A DNA stretch of 64,000 bases from an uncultured Candidatus Saccharibacteria bacterium (GTDB lineage Bacteria; Patescibacteriota; Minisyncoccia; Phycocordibacterales; PCTT01): positions 65,140-129,139 of the forward strand of contig CAZMIM010000001.1 in NCBI GenBank assembly GCA_964566505.1. The letters run 5' to 3'. Below the pieces are notes generated by a model. It saw only the letters and a program-made list of their open reading frames with translations, was not told the origin of the DNA and searched no databases. Position numbers and translations under genes: made by a program. This document shows positions 1 through 9,350 of the stretch, piece by piece. The stretch's first letter is position 1; each line of letters begins with the position of its first letter.

Positions 1-1115
1 GAGCGCAAATCATTTGCATGATTTAACAGAACAAAGATGGGTGTGTTAATTGCAGCCCATGAATATGCACCTCCTCTCTTTCCTTTTCTTGGGAAAAAGT
101 CTATTTGTCCATTTTTTAAAAATTCTTCAAAAACATCCTTGTATACTCCCCCCATTTTCTCTAGTGCATTTGAGAAAATTTTGATTGAGTCTTCTGCAGA
201 AAATTTTCTCTTGATTTTCCCGACTGGCGCATGTCTATCAACATAATAAAAATCTTTCAAACCAGTCATTTTCTTTTTCAGGCGGAAAAACTTTTTACTT
301 GCCGAGTAGTTACCAGCCACAGCATCTCGCAAAGCAAATACAACATCTTTGTCCATTTCATCCCCCTTCATTCTTTCTTCCAGAAGATAAGTATAACCTC
401 GTAAATTATCTTCAATTTTTTTGTTTGTTATAAGTGCATTTATTTCACTTTCAGCAAAATCAGTGGTTTCTTCCAACAAATTATCAAGGAGCTCTCTAAT
501 CTTTCTTCTATCTTTTGTATTCAATTTTGTGAGTTTAGAAGACGCTTCTGTTAAAGAGAGCTTCTCCCCTTTAAAAGTTATAGTTTTTTTGTGTAGAGAT
601 TTTTCTCTTCCTTGTGTCCACATACTACTACTTACGCCAGACTTTAGATTGAGAATCTTTTCTTCATCTTCAGACAAAAGATATTTTGTGTTTTCAAAAA
701 AGTTCTCAAGTAGATATTTATACTCTTTTAGATTGGGGTCTTTTAAAAACTTTTTCTGATTTGCTTTTGTTACATCTTTAAAAGACACGTTATAAAAAGT
801 AATATTGTTATATGCCTTGCGAAGCCGCTCGGAAAACAAATTGATTTTTGATTTTATTTTTGTATTAGTGCTGTCCAAATCCTCACTAAAATGTAAATAC
901 ATCATTGGACGTGGAAGTTCAAAATGTTTTTCTCTCTCTTGCATTACCTTTTTTAGCTCTTTTGCGTCTGTAAGATACTTGCGATTGTTTTTATACTTTT
1001 TCGCAAAAGATGAATATGCACGTTCAATTTTTTGTACATCTTTTTCGAGTTGTGGGTCATCTATTGATTTATACAACCGCTTAAGATCCCATTCTGTTTT
1101 GTAACCTTTTTTCAT
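1..1115 (-). CDS. pepF: Oligoendopeptidase F (M3B family), N-terminal part. The gene continues past the window start, which is why it is absent from the ORF track.
   Basis: Manual minus-strand translation from ATG at 1115..1113 gives an uninterrupted frame to position 1: MKKGYKTEWDLKRLYKSIDDPQLEK...GKRGGAYSWAAINTPIFVLLNHANDL, a PepF-like N-terminus with the GKRxGAYS motif. The plus-strand ORFs listed in this region are low-complexity antisense. Confidence 0.8.
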   Translation of the reverse strand, partial: MKKGYKTEWDLKRLYKSIDDPQLEKDVQKIERAYSSFAKKYKNNRKYLTDAKELKKVMQEREKHFELPRPMMYLHFSEDLDSTNTKIKSKINLFSERLRKAYNNITFYNVSFKDVTKANQKKFLKDPNLKEYKYLLENFFENTKYLLSEDEEKILNLKSGVSSSMWTQGREKSLHKKTITFKGEKLSLTEASSKLTKLNTKDRRKIRELLDNLLEETTDFAESEINALITNKKIEDNLRGYTYLLEERMKGDEMDKDVVFALRDAVAGNYSASKKFFRLKKKMTGLKDFYYVDRHAPVGKIKRKFSAEDSIKIFSNALEKMGGVYKDVFEEFLKNGQIDFFPRKGKRGGAYSWAAINTPIFVLLNHANDLR

Positions 1116-1116
1116 C

Positions 1117-1722
1117 TTATTTTTTCTTATTTTTAAAACGTTTTAGTAATTCAAAATCTTTTTCTAATACTGGTAGTTGCTTGCGATTATATATCGCAAC
1201 TGCCGGATGGTACAGAGGTAGAATATACATATCACCCCAGGACTGCTCTGTCTTAAAGAGTCTTCCTCGTCCTTGGCTAATCGGTAGCACTTCATCTGAA
1301 AGTCCAAACTGCTCCATAATATACTCCATTGAGTACCTACCAAGTGTAGCGATAACTTTTGGTTGGATGATTTCTATTTGCCGGAGAAGAAATGGGGTAT
1401 AGAGAGCTATTTCTTCTTTGCTTGGATCACGATTGTCTTGTGGGCGGTCTTTTACAATATTTGTAATATAAACATCTTCTCTATCGAGCTTTATATGCGC
1501 AAGTAGCCCATCAAGTACTTTCCCTGAAGCCCCACAAAATGGCCTTCCTGTTTGTGCTTCGTTTTTACCTGGAGCCTCACCGATAAAAACAATATCTGCA
1601 TCTGTATTTCCCTCACCTACTACTGGCACATAATCGTTTGAAACACGATATTCATAAAGTGGCGACTCTTTGAGAGCCACCAATTCATCTTTTATTTTCT
1701 CCATTTTCTTATCCTTCGTCAT
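1117..1722 (-). CDS. Uracil-DNA glycosylase, family 4
   Basis: GEAPGKNEAQTGRPFCGASGKVLD and HPAV motifs typical of family 4 UDG; stop abuts the pepF start. Confidence 0.85.
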   Translation of the reverse strand: MTKDKKMEKIKDELVALKESPLYEYRVSNDYVPVVGEGNTDADIVFIGEAPGKNEAQTGRPFCGASGKVLDGLLAHIKLDREDVYITNIVKDRPQDNRDPSKEEIALYTPFLLRQIEIIQPKVIATLGRYSMEYIMEQFGLSDEVLPISQGRGRLFKTEQSWGDMYILPLYHPAVAIYNRKQLPVLEKDFELLKRFKNKKK

Positions 1723-2380
1723 TTTCTTCCTCTACAAGTGGAACAAATACAAACCCTGGAAACTCTTCTGTATCAAACTCGTCGTTTTCTTTCTTTGTAT
1801 ATTTCCAAATTGAGTTATCGACTGGTGCCACAAGCACTCCTCCAACTTTTAACTGTCGTAGAAGCTCTTCTGGAAGTTCGCTTGTCGCAGATGCTGATAC
1901 CAAAATCCTATCGTATGGTGCATGCTCGGCGTTACCGACAATATCCTCTGCTTCTGTAAGCGTAACATTTGGATATCCTGAAAGTCTTTCTTTTGCTATA
2001 TCTAATAGCTCTTTCACCCGCTCTACACCTACCACATCGCCACTATCGCCCACCATCACAGAAAGAAGGGCTGCAGTAAATCCAGAACCAGCACCCACAT
2101 CAAGAACATGGTGACCCTCTTCTACACCCAAAAGCTCTAACATAAATGCCACTGTCGTTGGCTGAGAAATAGTTTGCCCATGACCAATAGGAATAGCGTA
2201 GTCTTCGTATGCTTCAAATTTATAATCCTCTGTTAGAAAGTCTTTTCTGTCTACTTCTGTGAATGCTTTTTCTACAAGCGGATTTTTAAACACACCACTG
2301 TTGTTTTTCAGATGTGCGAGTAAATCCTCTCGTGTAGAGAGTGGTGTATTTAGAATGTCATTTAAATCTTTGTTTTCCAT
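1709..2380 (-). CDS. pcm: Protein-L-isoaspartate O-methyltransferase
   Basis: GQTISQPTTVAFMLELL and VLDVGAGSGF SAM-binding motifs. Confidence 0.9.
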   Translation of the reverse strand: MENKDLNDILNTPLSTREDLLAHLKNNSGVFKNPLVEKAFTEVDRKDFLTEDYKFEAYEDYAIPIGHGQTISQPTTVAFMLELLGVEEGHHVLDVGAGSGFTAALLSVMVGDSGDVVGVERVKELLDIAKERLSGYPNVTLTEAEDIVGNAEHAPYDRILVSASATSELPEELLRQLKVGGVLVAPVDNSIWKYTKKENDEFDTEEFPGFVFVPLVEEENDEG

Positions 2381-2384
2381 TTTT

Positions 2385-2639
2385 TTAAATAGTTACTCCT
2401 TCTTTTTGTAATAATTCCCGCTTCTTTCCTTTCAGTCCATTGTATCCGCCCACTTTGCCATCACTTCTAATAACCCTATGACATGGCACAGAGCCATCTT
2501 TGTTTTGCTTCATTATCATTCCCACTGCTCGCGCTGCCCCCGGAGAGCCTGCGCGCTTTGCAACTTCGCCATATGAAAGCGTTTCACCTTTTGGAATATT
2601 TTGTACAACGCTTATCACGCGCTCTTTAAATAGTGTCAT
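2385..2639 (-). CDS. ogt: Methylated-DNA-protein-cysteine methyltransferase, C-terminal DNA-binding/active-site domain only (84 aa)
   Basis: PCHRVIRSDG active-site motif. Start taken as ATG at 2639 (MTLFKERV...) because the 140-aa ORF extension overlaps the upstream nuclease gene, which stops at 2641. Confidence 0.8.
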   Translation of the reverse strand: MTLFKERVISVVQNIPKGETLSYGEVAKRAGSPGAARAVGMIMKQNKDGSVPCHRVIRSDGKVGGYNGLKGKKRELLQKEGVTI

Positions 2640-2640
2640 A

Positions 2641-3441
2641 TTAAAAAAGTGTGTCTGGGCTACTCTCTTTGCTCTCATTTGAAGAGTCTCCGTTTTCCTC
2701 AAGTACAACATCAACAGCCTTTCTGTATGTACAATACTCACAGTCCTCGCCTTGCTCTGGAGCACTTTCTTTATCAAGTGTCTCTTTTGCACGCAAAAGC
2801 GCGTCATCTACCCATGAGTCGTCTCCTTCATAAGGGATAACCTTCATACGAAACTCGAGCACTCCTGAAAATGTTTCTTTATCACGCCGTCCATTTGCAT
2901 ACACAAAATACCCTACCGGTGAGACTTTGAATCCGTTTTGTCGAAGTAGCCATTGGTACACCTCCATTTGTCTTTTATATCCATCCTGCCAATCTGCATC
3001 TAGTGTTACTTCCTCGTCTTTTGATGTTGCTTTGTAGTCCACAACGATAAGCTCTCCATCTGGGTTGACCCACACATCATCGACTGCACCTGAAACGGTA
3101 AGACCTGTTGGTTTGTGAAATGTATCAACGCCCTTGAAGTTGTCGCGCCAAATATCCATGTCCTTGTGGGCAAATGGCACTGCATCAATACCAAAGCGTG
3201 TCATAAGTGGATGCGGACTCTGTGCACGACGATGTGCATCAAACTCTTTTTTGAGAAGCTCATCAACTGCACTGTTGAGGTTGAATGGATACCCACGAGG
3301 TCGTGCAGTGCCTAGCTTGTTGTCGATATAAAAACAGCGCGGGCACTCGATAAAAAGATCGAGTTTTGAACGTGAAAGTCGCCAATTTGGGCCACCATAA
3401 TTCCACTTTTCATTTCGGTGCGGTTTATAAAACGAAGCCAT
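2641..3441 (-). CDS. PD-(D/E)XK nuclease with Fe-S cysteine cluster (Cas4-like / DUF83-type); no CRISPR nearby
   Basis: N-terminal CPRCFY, central VVDYKATS (D..K nuclease motif) and C-terminal CEYCTYRK cysteines match the Cas4/AddB 4Fe-4S nuclease architecture. Confidence 0.6.
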   Translation of the reverse strand: MASFYKPHRNEKWNYGGPNWRLSRSKLDLFIECPRCFYIDNKLGTARPRGYPFNLNSAVDELLKKEFDAHRRAQSPHPLMTRFGIDAVPFAHKDMDIWRDNFKGVDTFHKPTGLTVSGAVDDVWVNPDGELIVVDYKATSKDEEVTLDADWQDGYKRQMEVYQWLLRQNGFKVSPVGYFVYANGRRDKETFSGVLEFRMKVIPYEGDDSWVDDALLRAKETLDKESAPEQGEDCEYCTYRKAVDVVLEENGDSSNESKESSPDTLF

Positions 3442-3483
3442 AATACAGACATTGTACCACGCACCCTAATAACCCAAAACAAA

Positions 3484-3510
3484 GTTTGGGAAGGTCAGAC
3501 CTTCCCAAAC
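3484..3510. repeat. REP-like palindrome, family 1 (GTTTGGGA-N11-TCCCAAAC)
   Basis: gtttgggaaggtcagaccttcccaaac; perfect palindrome. Confidence 0.9.
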
Positions 3511-3511
3511 A

Positions 3512-3550
3512 AAAACCAACGGCTCATATTCAAAATGAGCCGTTGGTTTT
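3512..3550. terminator. Hairpin family 2 (AACGGCTCA-loop-TGAGCCGTT); bidirectional terminator-like
   Basis: aaaccaacggctcatattcaaaatgagccgttggtttt. Confidence 0.7.
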
Positions 3551-3588
3551 AACTAATCGCTAGTGGCTAGTGATTAAAACCTAGCAAA

Positions 3589-4242
3589 CTATCGAGGTGT
3601 TCCTGAGAATGTTTGGAATGTTGTCATTACCTCTACAGCATCTGCTGTTTGGTATGGTACATCTTGAGTAAAATCAAACTCTCGATCTCCGTTGTCTGAG
3701 TGAAGCTTTACATAGTAAAGACTATCAGCAACGGTTCCGCGAAGAAGCGGTACATCTACATCCGCAAATTCACCTGCGTCATAAATGCGTGCCCCAAGAA
3801 TGCTTCCTGGTACTCCCTCGTTATCTTCAAATACTACTACCCATGATGTTCTATCAAGTGATAGTGCTGAGACAGCTACTGTGTCTCCAAAATTTTGATC
3901 TTCTACAGCTAGAACTACTTCTGTTTCAAGTGTTACTGGCTCTGCAGGAGTATCTGAGTGAGTATCTGCCATGTACTCATCCTCCATCATTGTGTCTGCG
4001 TCTTCAAGCGCCTCATCATTTGAACCTGCGTTTCCTGTACCAAATACAAGAAATCCGATTCCAAATCCGATAAGAACACCTAAGATTGCAACAACAATCA
4101 TTTTCTTTGTGTCATTTTGTGTATTATTTTCCATATCTTCTTCAATATTTATATCAGCGAGAGATGGTTCGTGATTGTTGTTATACTCCTCCTGAAGTGA
4201 ATCAACATCCTCATCATTTCCATCAAATGGGATAATTTCCAT
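3589..4242 (-). CDS. Hypothetical single-pass membrane protein
   Basis: One hydrophobic helix (VVAILGVLIGFGIGFLVFG); acidic termini; no recognised domain. Confidence 0.5.
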   Translation of the reverse strand: MEIIPFDGNDEDVDSLQEEYNNNHEPSLADINIEEDMENNTQNDTKKMIVVAILGVLIGFGIGFLVFGTGNAGSNDEALEDADTMMEDEYMADTHSDTPAEPVTLETEVVLAVEDQNFGDTVAVSALSLDRTSWVVVFEDNEGVPGSILGARIYDAGEFADVDVPLLRGTVADSLYYVKLHSDNGDREFDFTQDVPYQTADAVEVMTTFQTFSGTPR

Positions 4243-4358
4243 ACAAAATCTGATAAAACTTATAATTTTCCTAACAATCTGCCCTTATTATAGACCAAAG
4301 TACAAAAAAAGTGCAGAAATGCACTGTAATGATGAAAATTTCAAGAAAAGTCAATAAA

Positions 4359-5210
4359 TTAAACCTCCTTTCCAGCTTTGTAGAGCTGTTCTATTTCTTT
4401 TATAACTTTTGCTTGGTCTTCGTCTGAGAGACCAATATGAGAAAGAACCTGAGGTTTTTCTTTTACAGTTTTACACAAAACAATATCCTTTCCTAAAAGC
4501 CTCTTTTTATTTTCTTGTGAAAGAGTAGTAAGACATGTAATAGGTTGAAGACCACTTTCTTCTATCATTTCTTGTAGATTACCTTTATCAGGATATGACC
4601 ACCCAATAAGTGTAATACCGGCACATTTACCATACGCAATGGCGTTGTGAGTAAATTTTGTATTAGTCATTAACCAAAATGAATGCTTCTTACCGCATGA
4701 CAATATATCCTCACATTTTCCAATCATAAGATCGTCATATCGTGCCTTTACATAAAGTGCCACTTTCATGTCAGACTTCACACCAGGCTTGTTATGAAAC
4801 TTTGCCTCAATGGTTATATAGTTTTCATCATCTTCTGCCAAAATATCTATCTCATGTGTCGCACACTTTCCTTTTAGAATTTTTCCAATCTGTGTTGTAT
4901 AGCCACGTTCAGTAAGAACCCTTTCCATAAACTGCTCAAAAGGGAAACCACTTGGCCCCAAATCCATGATAGCCCTTCTTAGTGAATAGCTAGCTGCAAC
5001 TCCTGCCCTTAGATTGCTTAATTGTGCAAAAGCGGCTTTATATATTTCTTGTGTAGTATCTCCGTCAGATATCTCTTGATTCACAAAAGAAAGCACATCT
5101 GCGACCTCTGTTTCATTCGCACCTGATCTTTTTAAAGAACGCATGAGCTTCTCTTCTCGAAATGGCTCCTGCGTTCCGTCTGCTTTTGTGATTATCACCT
5201 GACGAGACAT
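4359..5210 (-). CDS. ATP-cone domain protein fused to an Mrr-like (PD-(D/E)XK) restriction-endonuclease catalytic domain
   Basis: N-terminal ATP-cone-like segment (ITKADGTQEPFREEKLMRSLKRSG), followed by GY...HEIDILAEDDENYITIEAKFH, which resembles the Mrr_cat D/E-K core. Confidence 0.55.
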   Translation of the reverse strand: MSRQVIITKADGTQEPFREEKLMRSLKRSGANETEVADVLSFVNQEISDGDTTQEIYKAAFAQLSNLRAGVAASYSLRRAIMDLGPSGFPFEQFMERVLTERGYTTQIGKILKGKCATHEIDILAEDDENYITIEAKFHNKPGVKSDMKVALYVKARYDDLMIGKCEDILSCGKKHSFWLMTNTKFTHNAIAYGKCAGITLIGWSYPDKGNLQEMIEESGLQPITCLTTLSQENKKRLLGKDIVLCKTVKEKPQVLSHIGLSDEDQAKVIKEIEQLYKAGKEV

Positions 5211-5213
5211 GTG

Positions 5214-5711
5214 TTATTGATCGTTCTCTGTTTCTTCTACGACCATCTCATCAACGTCTGTATTTCCATCTGCCGGCATTCCCATTGATGCGTCTCCATT
5301 AGACTCTACAATAATCAAATTGATTTTCTTTCCGTTATAAGTCGCATCTACTGTAGCTTGCTCACTAGCACCTACAAGAATACGAAATTCCTTAGGAGTA
5401 ATCACTTGTGCACACATTACATCTTCTGCTGGAGGTGTTACCACAAACGAAAGAGTGATTTGCTCTGGATATGACTCACGAACAAGAGCTTCTGTATAAA
5501 GCTCGTAACATGGGTTTGGAAATTCAATAACCCCTGAATATTCGTGCAAATTATCAGTATATACAAAATCAGCAACAATCTCTGCTGGCATGTATGACAT
5601 TTTGTCGTGATCTTTTTCGGCTTTATCTTCAAAACTCGTATCTGCAACAAGCATTCCGAAAATCACAACCAATACAATTATTAAAACATTTGTGAGTAAA
5701 GATGTTTTCAT
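5214..5711 (-). CDS. Hypothetical exported protein
   Basis: Signal-peptide-like N-terminus when started at MKTSLLTNVLIIVLVVIFG; no domain recognised. Confidence 0.45.
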   Translation of the reverse strand: MKTSLLTNVLIIVLVVIFGMLVADTSFEDKAEKDHDKMSYMPAEIVADFVYTDNLHEYSGVIEFPNPCYELYTEALVRESYPEQITLSFVVTPPAEDVMCAQVITPKEFRILVGASEQATVDATYNGKKINLIIVESNGDASMGMPADGNTDVDEMVVEETENDQ

Positions 5712-5760
5712 ACGTCCTCTCTTAAATAATAAAACCATCTTTAGTATATCACAGGATATA

Positions 5761-6816
5761 TTATGGAAGTATTTCCTCTATAATTCCCCCACCTACACAC
5801 TCATTATCTCGATATAACACCAGAGATTGCCCTACAGCAACAGCTTTTTGAGGTTCATTGAAAGTCGCTGTATTGCCATCAAGCTTGCATGGGAAAAGTG
5901 TTTGTCTATATCGAAGACGCGCCTGATATCCACCATCAGCATTGTCTTTGCGCATAACCATATCGCAAAGCTTTACAGACGATGCGTTGAATACCGGGTT
6001 GTCCTTTCCCTCTTTGTCAGACACGGTGATGGTGTTTTGCTCTATATCTTTTGAAACCACAAAATACGGCTTGTCATTTGGTGTCTTTTTTGTAATTCGG
6101 AAACCTCTTCGCTCACCAATGGTAAAAAATAATGCGCCGTCATGCTCACCAATCACAACACCCTCTTCATTCAAAACATTACCTTTTTCCTCTTTTATAT
6201 AGTGCGTTAGAAAATCCTTCATAGAAATATCTCCAAGAAAACATATTCCCTGACTATCTTTTTTAGAAGCAGTAGAAAGTCCTTCTTTTTCTGCAATGGC
6301 TCTTACTTCGCTCTTTTGGAGATGACCTACTGGAAAGAGAACGTGTGAAAGCTGTTCTTTTGTGAGTGTCCAAAGAAAATACGACTGATCTTTTCCTTCA
6401 TCTGCCCCCGCAACAAGAGCGTCGCCTATATTTTTTGCATAGTGGCCTGTAGCAACATAGTCTGCGCCATTTAGAAGTGCCCACTTTAGAAAACCTCCAA
6501 ACTTTACATATCTATTACACATCACATCTGGATTTGGTGTTCTACCCTTTTTATACTCAGAAATCATATAGTCTGCGACTTCCTCTTTATACTCTTTACT
6601 CAAATCAAGCTCATGAAATGGAATATCTAGATGTGCACATACACGCATTGCATCACGACGCTCTTCTTTCCAGTTACACTCCAAAAACTCCGGGTACCAC
6701 ACCTTTATAAAAACTCCTTCTACGTCGTAGCCCGCTTCTTTTAGTAGATGTGCAGACACAGAAGAATCTACACCACCCGAGAGACCTACATATACTTTTT
6801 TATTCGTGTTACTCAT
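5761..6816 (-). CDS. mnmA: tRNA-specific 2-thiouridylase
   Basis: PP-loop SGGVDSSV, conserved Cys and overall MnmA length. Confidence 0.9.
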   Translation of the reverse strand: MSNTNKKVYVGLSGGVDSSVSAHLLKEAGYDVEGVFIKVWYPEFLECNWKEERRDAMRVCAHLDIPFHELDLSKEYKEEVADYMISEYKKGRTPNPDVMCNRYVKFGGFLKWALLNGADYVATGHYAKNIGDALVAGADEGKDQSYFLWTLTKEQLSHVLFPVGHLQKSEVRAIAEKEGLSTASKKDSQGICFLGDISMKDFLTHYIKEEKGNVLNEEGVVIGEHDGALFFTIGERRGFRITKKTPNDKPYFVVSKDIEQNTITVSDKEGKDNPVFNASSVKLCDMVMRKDNADGGYQARLRYRQTLFPCKLDGNTATFNEPQKAVAVGQSLVLYRDNECVGGGIIEEILP

Positions 6817-6879
6817 AAAAAATAAATTCTAAGCACTAATTTCTAATAACTAAACTGTTTAGAGTTTAGATATTAGCAT

Positions 6880-7554
6880 TTAGGATTTAAGAAAATCATT
6901 CTTTGATTTTCGTTTATTCCATTCTTCTATTTCTTTGTGGTTACCTGAAAGTAATACTTTTGGAACTCTGTATTTCTTTTTCTTATACTCAAATACTTCT
7001 GGTCTGGTATATAGCTCGCTTGATGCATTTCTTTTCTCTTCTTGAGAATCACTGTTTCCAAGAACGCCATCAACGTGTCGAGACACCGCATCAAGTACCA
7101 CCATTGCTGGAAGCTCGCCTCCAGTAAGCACATAAGGGCCGATAGACACCTCTTCTGCATTGGTGATTTTCTTTACTCGTGCATCGATACCTTCATATCG
7201 TCCTGAAATCATTACAATATGATCGTACTTCGAAGCAAGCTCTCGTGCATACGCATTACTAAACTGCTTACCGCTCGGTGAAAAAATGAGTGTTTTTACA
7301 TTCTTTTTCTTTCCAACTGCTTTTTGGAATGCCTTTACGATAGGTTCTACCTGCATCACCATTCCAGGCCCTCCACCATATGGCTTGTCATCGACCTGCT
7401 TGTGCTTGTCGATAGAGTAATCCCGTGGATTATAGAAATTTATAGAAATCTTTTTGTTCTTTATTGCGCGAGCAATAATAGAATCGCCCAAATACGAATC
7501 AAACATTTTGGGAAAGAGTGTGATGATATGAAATTGTTTTTTCTTGTTTTTCAT
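6880..7554 (-). CDS. trmD: tRNA (guanine37-N1)-methyltransferase
   Basis: GGGPGMVM, ISGRYEGIDARV and SIGPYVLTGGELPAMV motifs; start chosen at MKNKKKQFHIITLFP. Confidence 0.9.
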   Translation of the reverse strand: MKNKKKQFHIITLFPKMFDSYLGDSIIARAIKNKKISINFYNPRDYSIDKHKQVDDKPYGGGPGMVMQVEPIVKAFQKAVGKKKNVKTLIFSPSGKQFSNAYARELASKYDHIVMISGRYEGIDARVKKITNAEEVSIGPYVLTGGELPAMVVLDAVSRHVDGVLGNSDSQEEKRNASSELYTRPEVFEYKKKKYRVPKVLLSGNHKEIEEWNKRKSKNDFLKS

Positions 7555-7598
7555 ATGAAAAAGTCGTGGCAAAATAATACCACGACTTTTTGAATTTG

Positions 7599-7817
7599 TC
7601 ATCGAAAGAGATCCAGCGGATAGCCTGGTAAAGACAGTATCTCAAGGGCTATGCCCAGCAAAGCAATCCAAACCCCTCTTCTTTGAAGTTTTTGTTCGCG
7701 CAACTTGCTGATATACAACTTTTTTCTTTTTACGTTAGCATAAACCAACAAAGATACTCCACTGAATAAAACTAAGACAGAAAATACTGGTATAACAAAG
7801 GGAAGAAGTGTCTGCAT
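7599..7817 (-). CDS. Small hypothetical membrane protein (73 aa)
   Basis: Start at ATG 7817 (MQTLLPFVIPVF...) with AGGAG RBS; the longer ORF upstream would run through the 7861-7887 terminator hairpin. Confidence 0.4.
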   Translation of the reverse strand: MQTLLPFVIPVFSVLVLFSGVSLLVYANVKRKKLYISKLREQKLQRRGVWIALLGIALEILSLPGYPLDLFR

Positions 7818-7860
7818 TTGTATCTCCTTTTTAGTGAACGTTTTATTTAATATAGCACAA

Positions 7861-7887
7861 AAGCCACGACGCGCGCGTCGTGGCTTT
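7861..7887 (-). terminator. GC-rich perfect hairpin
   Basis: aagccacgacgcgcgcgtcgtggcttt. Confidence 0.7.
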
Positions 7888-7903
7888 GATTTTAGTGTGG
7901 ACT

Positions 7904-8149
7904 TCAGAAGAAAATATATAGCGAGCAAAGCATTGCAAAGCCAGTAATGGTTGCCCGACGTGAGAAGCGCAAAACCCTTGTTTCTCTTTGAAGCTCAGAC
8001 CGCAGCCTTGCAGCCTGTGCTCCTCGTACTTCCAAACGAATCGCTCCCTCGAGCTCTTTGCAATTTCCTGACCACGCAATCCACATTACACCTCCTGCCA
8101 CAAGACCTATGGGGCCAAAAATAACAAACAAAGTGCTGAGAAGTTCCAT
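7904..8149 (-). CDS. Small hypothetical membrane protein (81 aa)
   Basis: AGAGGTG RBS before ATG 8149; one TM helix; followed by the strong hairpin at 7861-7887. Confidence 0.4.
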   Translation of the reverse strand: MELLSTLFVIFGPIGLVAGGVMWIAWSGNCKELEGAIRLEVRGAQAARLRSELQRETRVLRFSRRATITGFAMLCSLYIFF

Positions 8150-8250
8150 GATTCACCTCTTTTTGTATTTGTACAATCAAAAACATATTACCACACAAAA
8201 ACCACCTCGTAAATAAAGGTGGTTTTTGTTTAAGTTGTTTAAGGTTGTGC

Positions 8251-8595
8251 TTACGCGTCTCCCTTTAGCTCTTCCATTGCTTCGTCTACTGCAGAAGCTG
8301 GATCTGCTGCCTCAACTGCTGGTGCAGATGGTCGCTCGCTTGAGCGATATCCTCCTGCTGGCTCGTTGATTTTAAGATTCACACGCGCTTGGTTTTTCAT
8401 ACCAACAACTCGAAGTAGTGTTCGAATTGCCTTTGCTGTATTACCATTTCGTCCAATAATCTTACCCATGTCTTCTTTGTTAACATCGAGGGTAATGAGT
8501 ACTCCCATTTCATCAACAGTACGATCAACCTTTACGTCTTCTGGGTGATCTACCAATGACTTCACAACATACTCAAGAAAATCTCTATCTTCCAT
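8251..8595 (-). CDS. KH-domain RNA-binding protein (YlqC/KhpA-like)
   Basis: GKIIGRNGNTAKAIRTLL KH motif; lies downstream of rpsP as in conserved rpsP operons. Confidence 0.8.
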   Translation of the reverse strand: MEDRDFLEYVVKSLVDHPEDVKVDRTVDEMGVLITLDVNKEDMGKIIGRNGNTAKAIRTLLRVVGMKNQARVNLKINEPAGGYRSSERPSAPAVEAADPASAVDEAMEELKGDA

Positions 8596-8761
8596 GTTGA
8601 ATCAAGTATTAGTTTCTAACGTACAAACACGAAAAACCCGTGCTAGTAATGGTGATTATACAACAGATACGGCGAATCTCAAGGCAGCCTCGTGGAAAAC
8701 AAAAAGAGTGGCAAAACTTAATTTTGTAATTTTTAAATAACAAAATAATTCATAATAATTT

Positions 8762-8789
8762 CTTATTGTACGATGTATCGTACAATAAG
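8762..8789. promoter_or_regulatory. Perfect 12-bp-arm inverted repeat in the rpsP-KH intergenic spacer
   Basis: cttattgtacgaTGTAtcgtacaataag. Confidence 0.3.
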
Positions 8790-8858
8790 AACAATTTATT
8801 ATTTTTGTGTATTTTATTATTTTTTAGCAATAAAAAACGACCCGAGTGGGTCGTTTGT

Positions 8859-9350
8859 TTATTCTGCTGATTCTTCAGTTGGAGTTTCTCCAGTAGCCTC
8901 TTCTACTGGCGCCTCCTCAGCTGGTGTTTCCTCTACAGGATCTTCTTCTGCTGGCGCTTCCTCGGCAGGAGTTTCTTCTGAAGGTGTTTCCTCAGCCAGA
9001 CTCTCGTCCTGAGTAGCCTCTGGAGCTTCTGCTGGAGTCTCTTCTGCCGGTGTTTCCTCTGGCTTCTCGCTTACAATAGGAGATTTCTTTGGTAGAACAT
9101 TCTTGGCCTTTCCTTCGATGATTCCCTCTTTTACCAAAAGGTTGTGAACTGTATCAGAAAGCTGTGCACCTACTGACATCCAGTGCTTTACTCTATCACC
9201 CTTAATCTCACGCGTATCTGTTCGCGCATCATATGAACCAAGGTTCTCAATATATTTACCGCTCTTAGGACCACGATGTTTTTCTGTAACCACCACTCGA
9301 TATGATGGATCGTGCTTTCGCCCTACTCGCTTTAATCTAATTTTTAACAT
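8859..9350 (-). CDS. rpsP: 30S ribosomal protein S16 with a long acidic Glu/Thr/Pro/Ala-rich repetitive C-terminal extension
   Basis: MLKIRLKRVGRKHDPSYRVVV is the canonical S16 N-terminus; the C-terminus carries EETPAEE-type repeats encoded by an imperfect tandem DNA repeat. Confidence 0.9.
   Translation of the reverse strand: MLKIRLKRVGRKHDPSYRVVVTEKHRGPKSGKYIENLGSYDARTDTREIKGDRVKHWMSVGAQLSDTVHNLLVKEGIIEGKAKNVLPKKSPIVSEKPEETPAEETPAEAPEATQDESLAEETPSEETPAEEAPAEEDPVEETPAEEAPVEEATGETPTEESAE
8870..9012. repeat. Imperfect tandem repeat (period ~45 bp) encoding the acidic tail of S16
   Basis: Repeating units ctggcgcctcctcagctggtgtttcctc... / ctggcgcttcctcggcaggagtttcttc... Confidence 0.6.

Noticed and set aside
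1-1104. No minus-strand ORF is listed here, although the plus-strand ORFs look antisense. I considered an alternative genetic code (UGA = Gly, code 25).
   Set aside because: Manual translation shows an uninterrupted standard-code frame (pepF) that simply runs off the window edge. Many >600-aa ORFs elsewhere are intact under code 11.
2640-2807. N-terminal extension of the MGMT ORF (140 aa)
   Set aside because: It would overlap 167 nt of the upstream nuclease gene in another frame. The conserved domain begins at the internal ATG 2639, right after the neighbour's stop.
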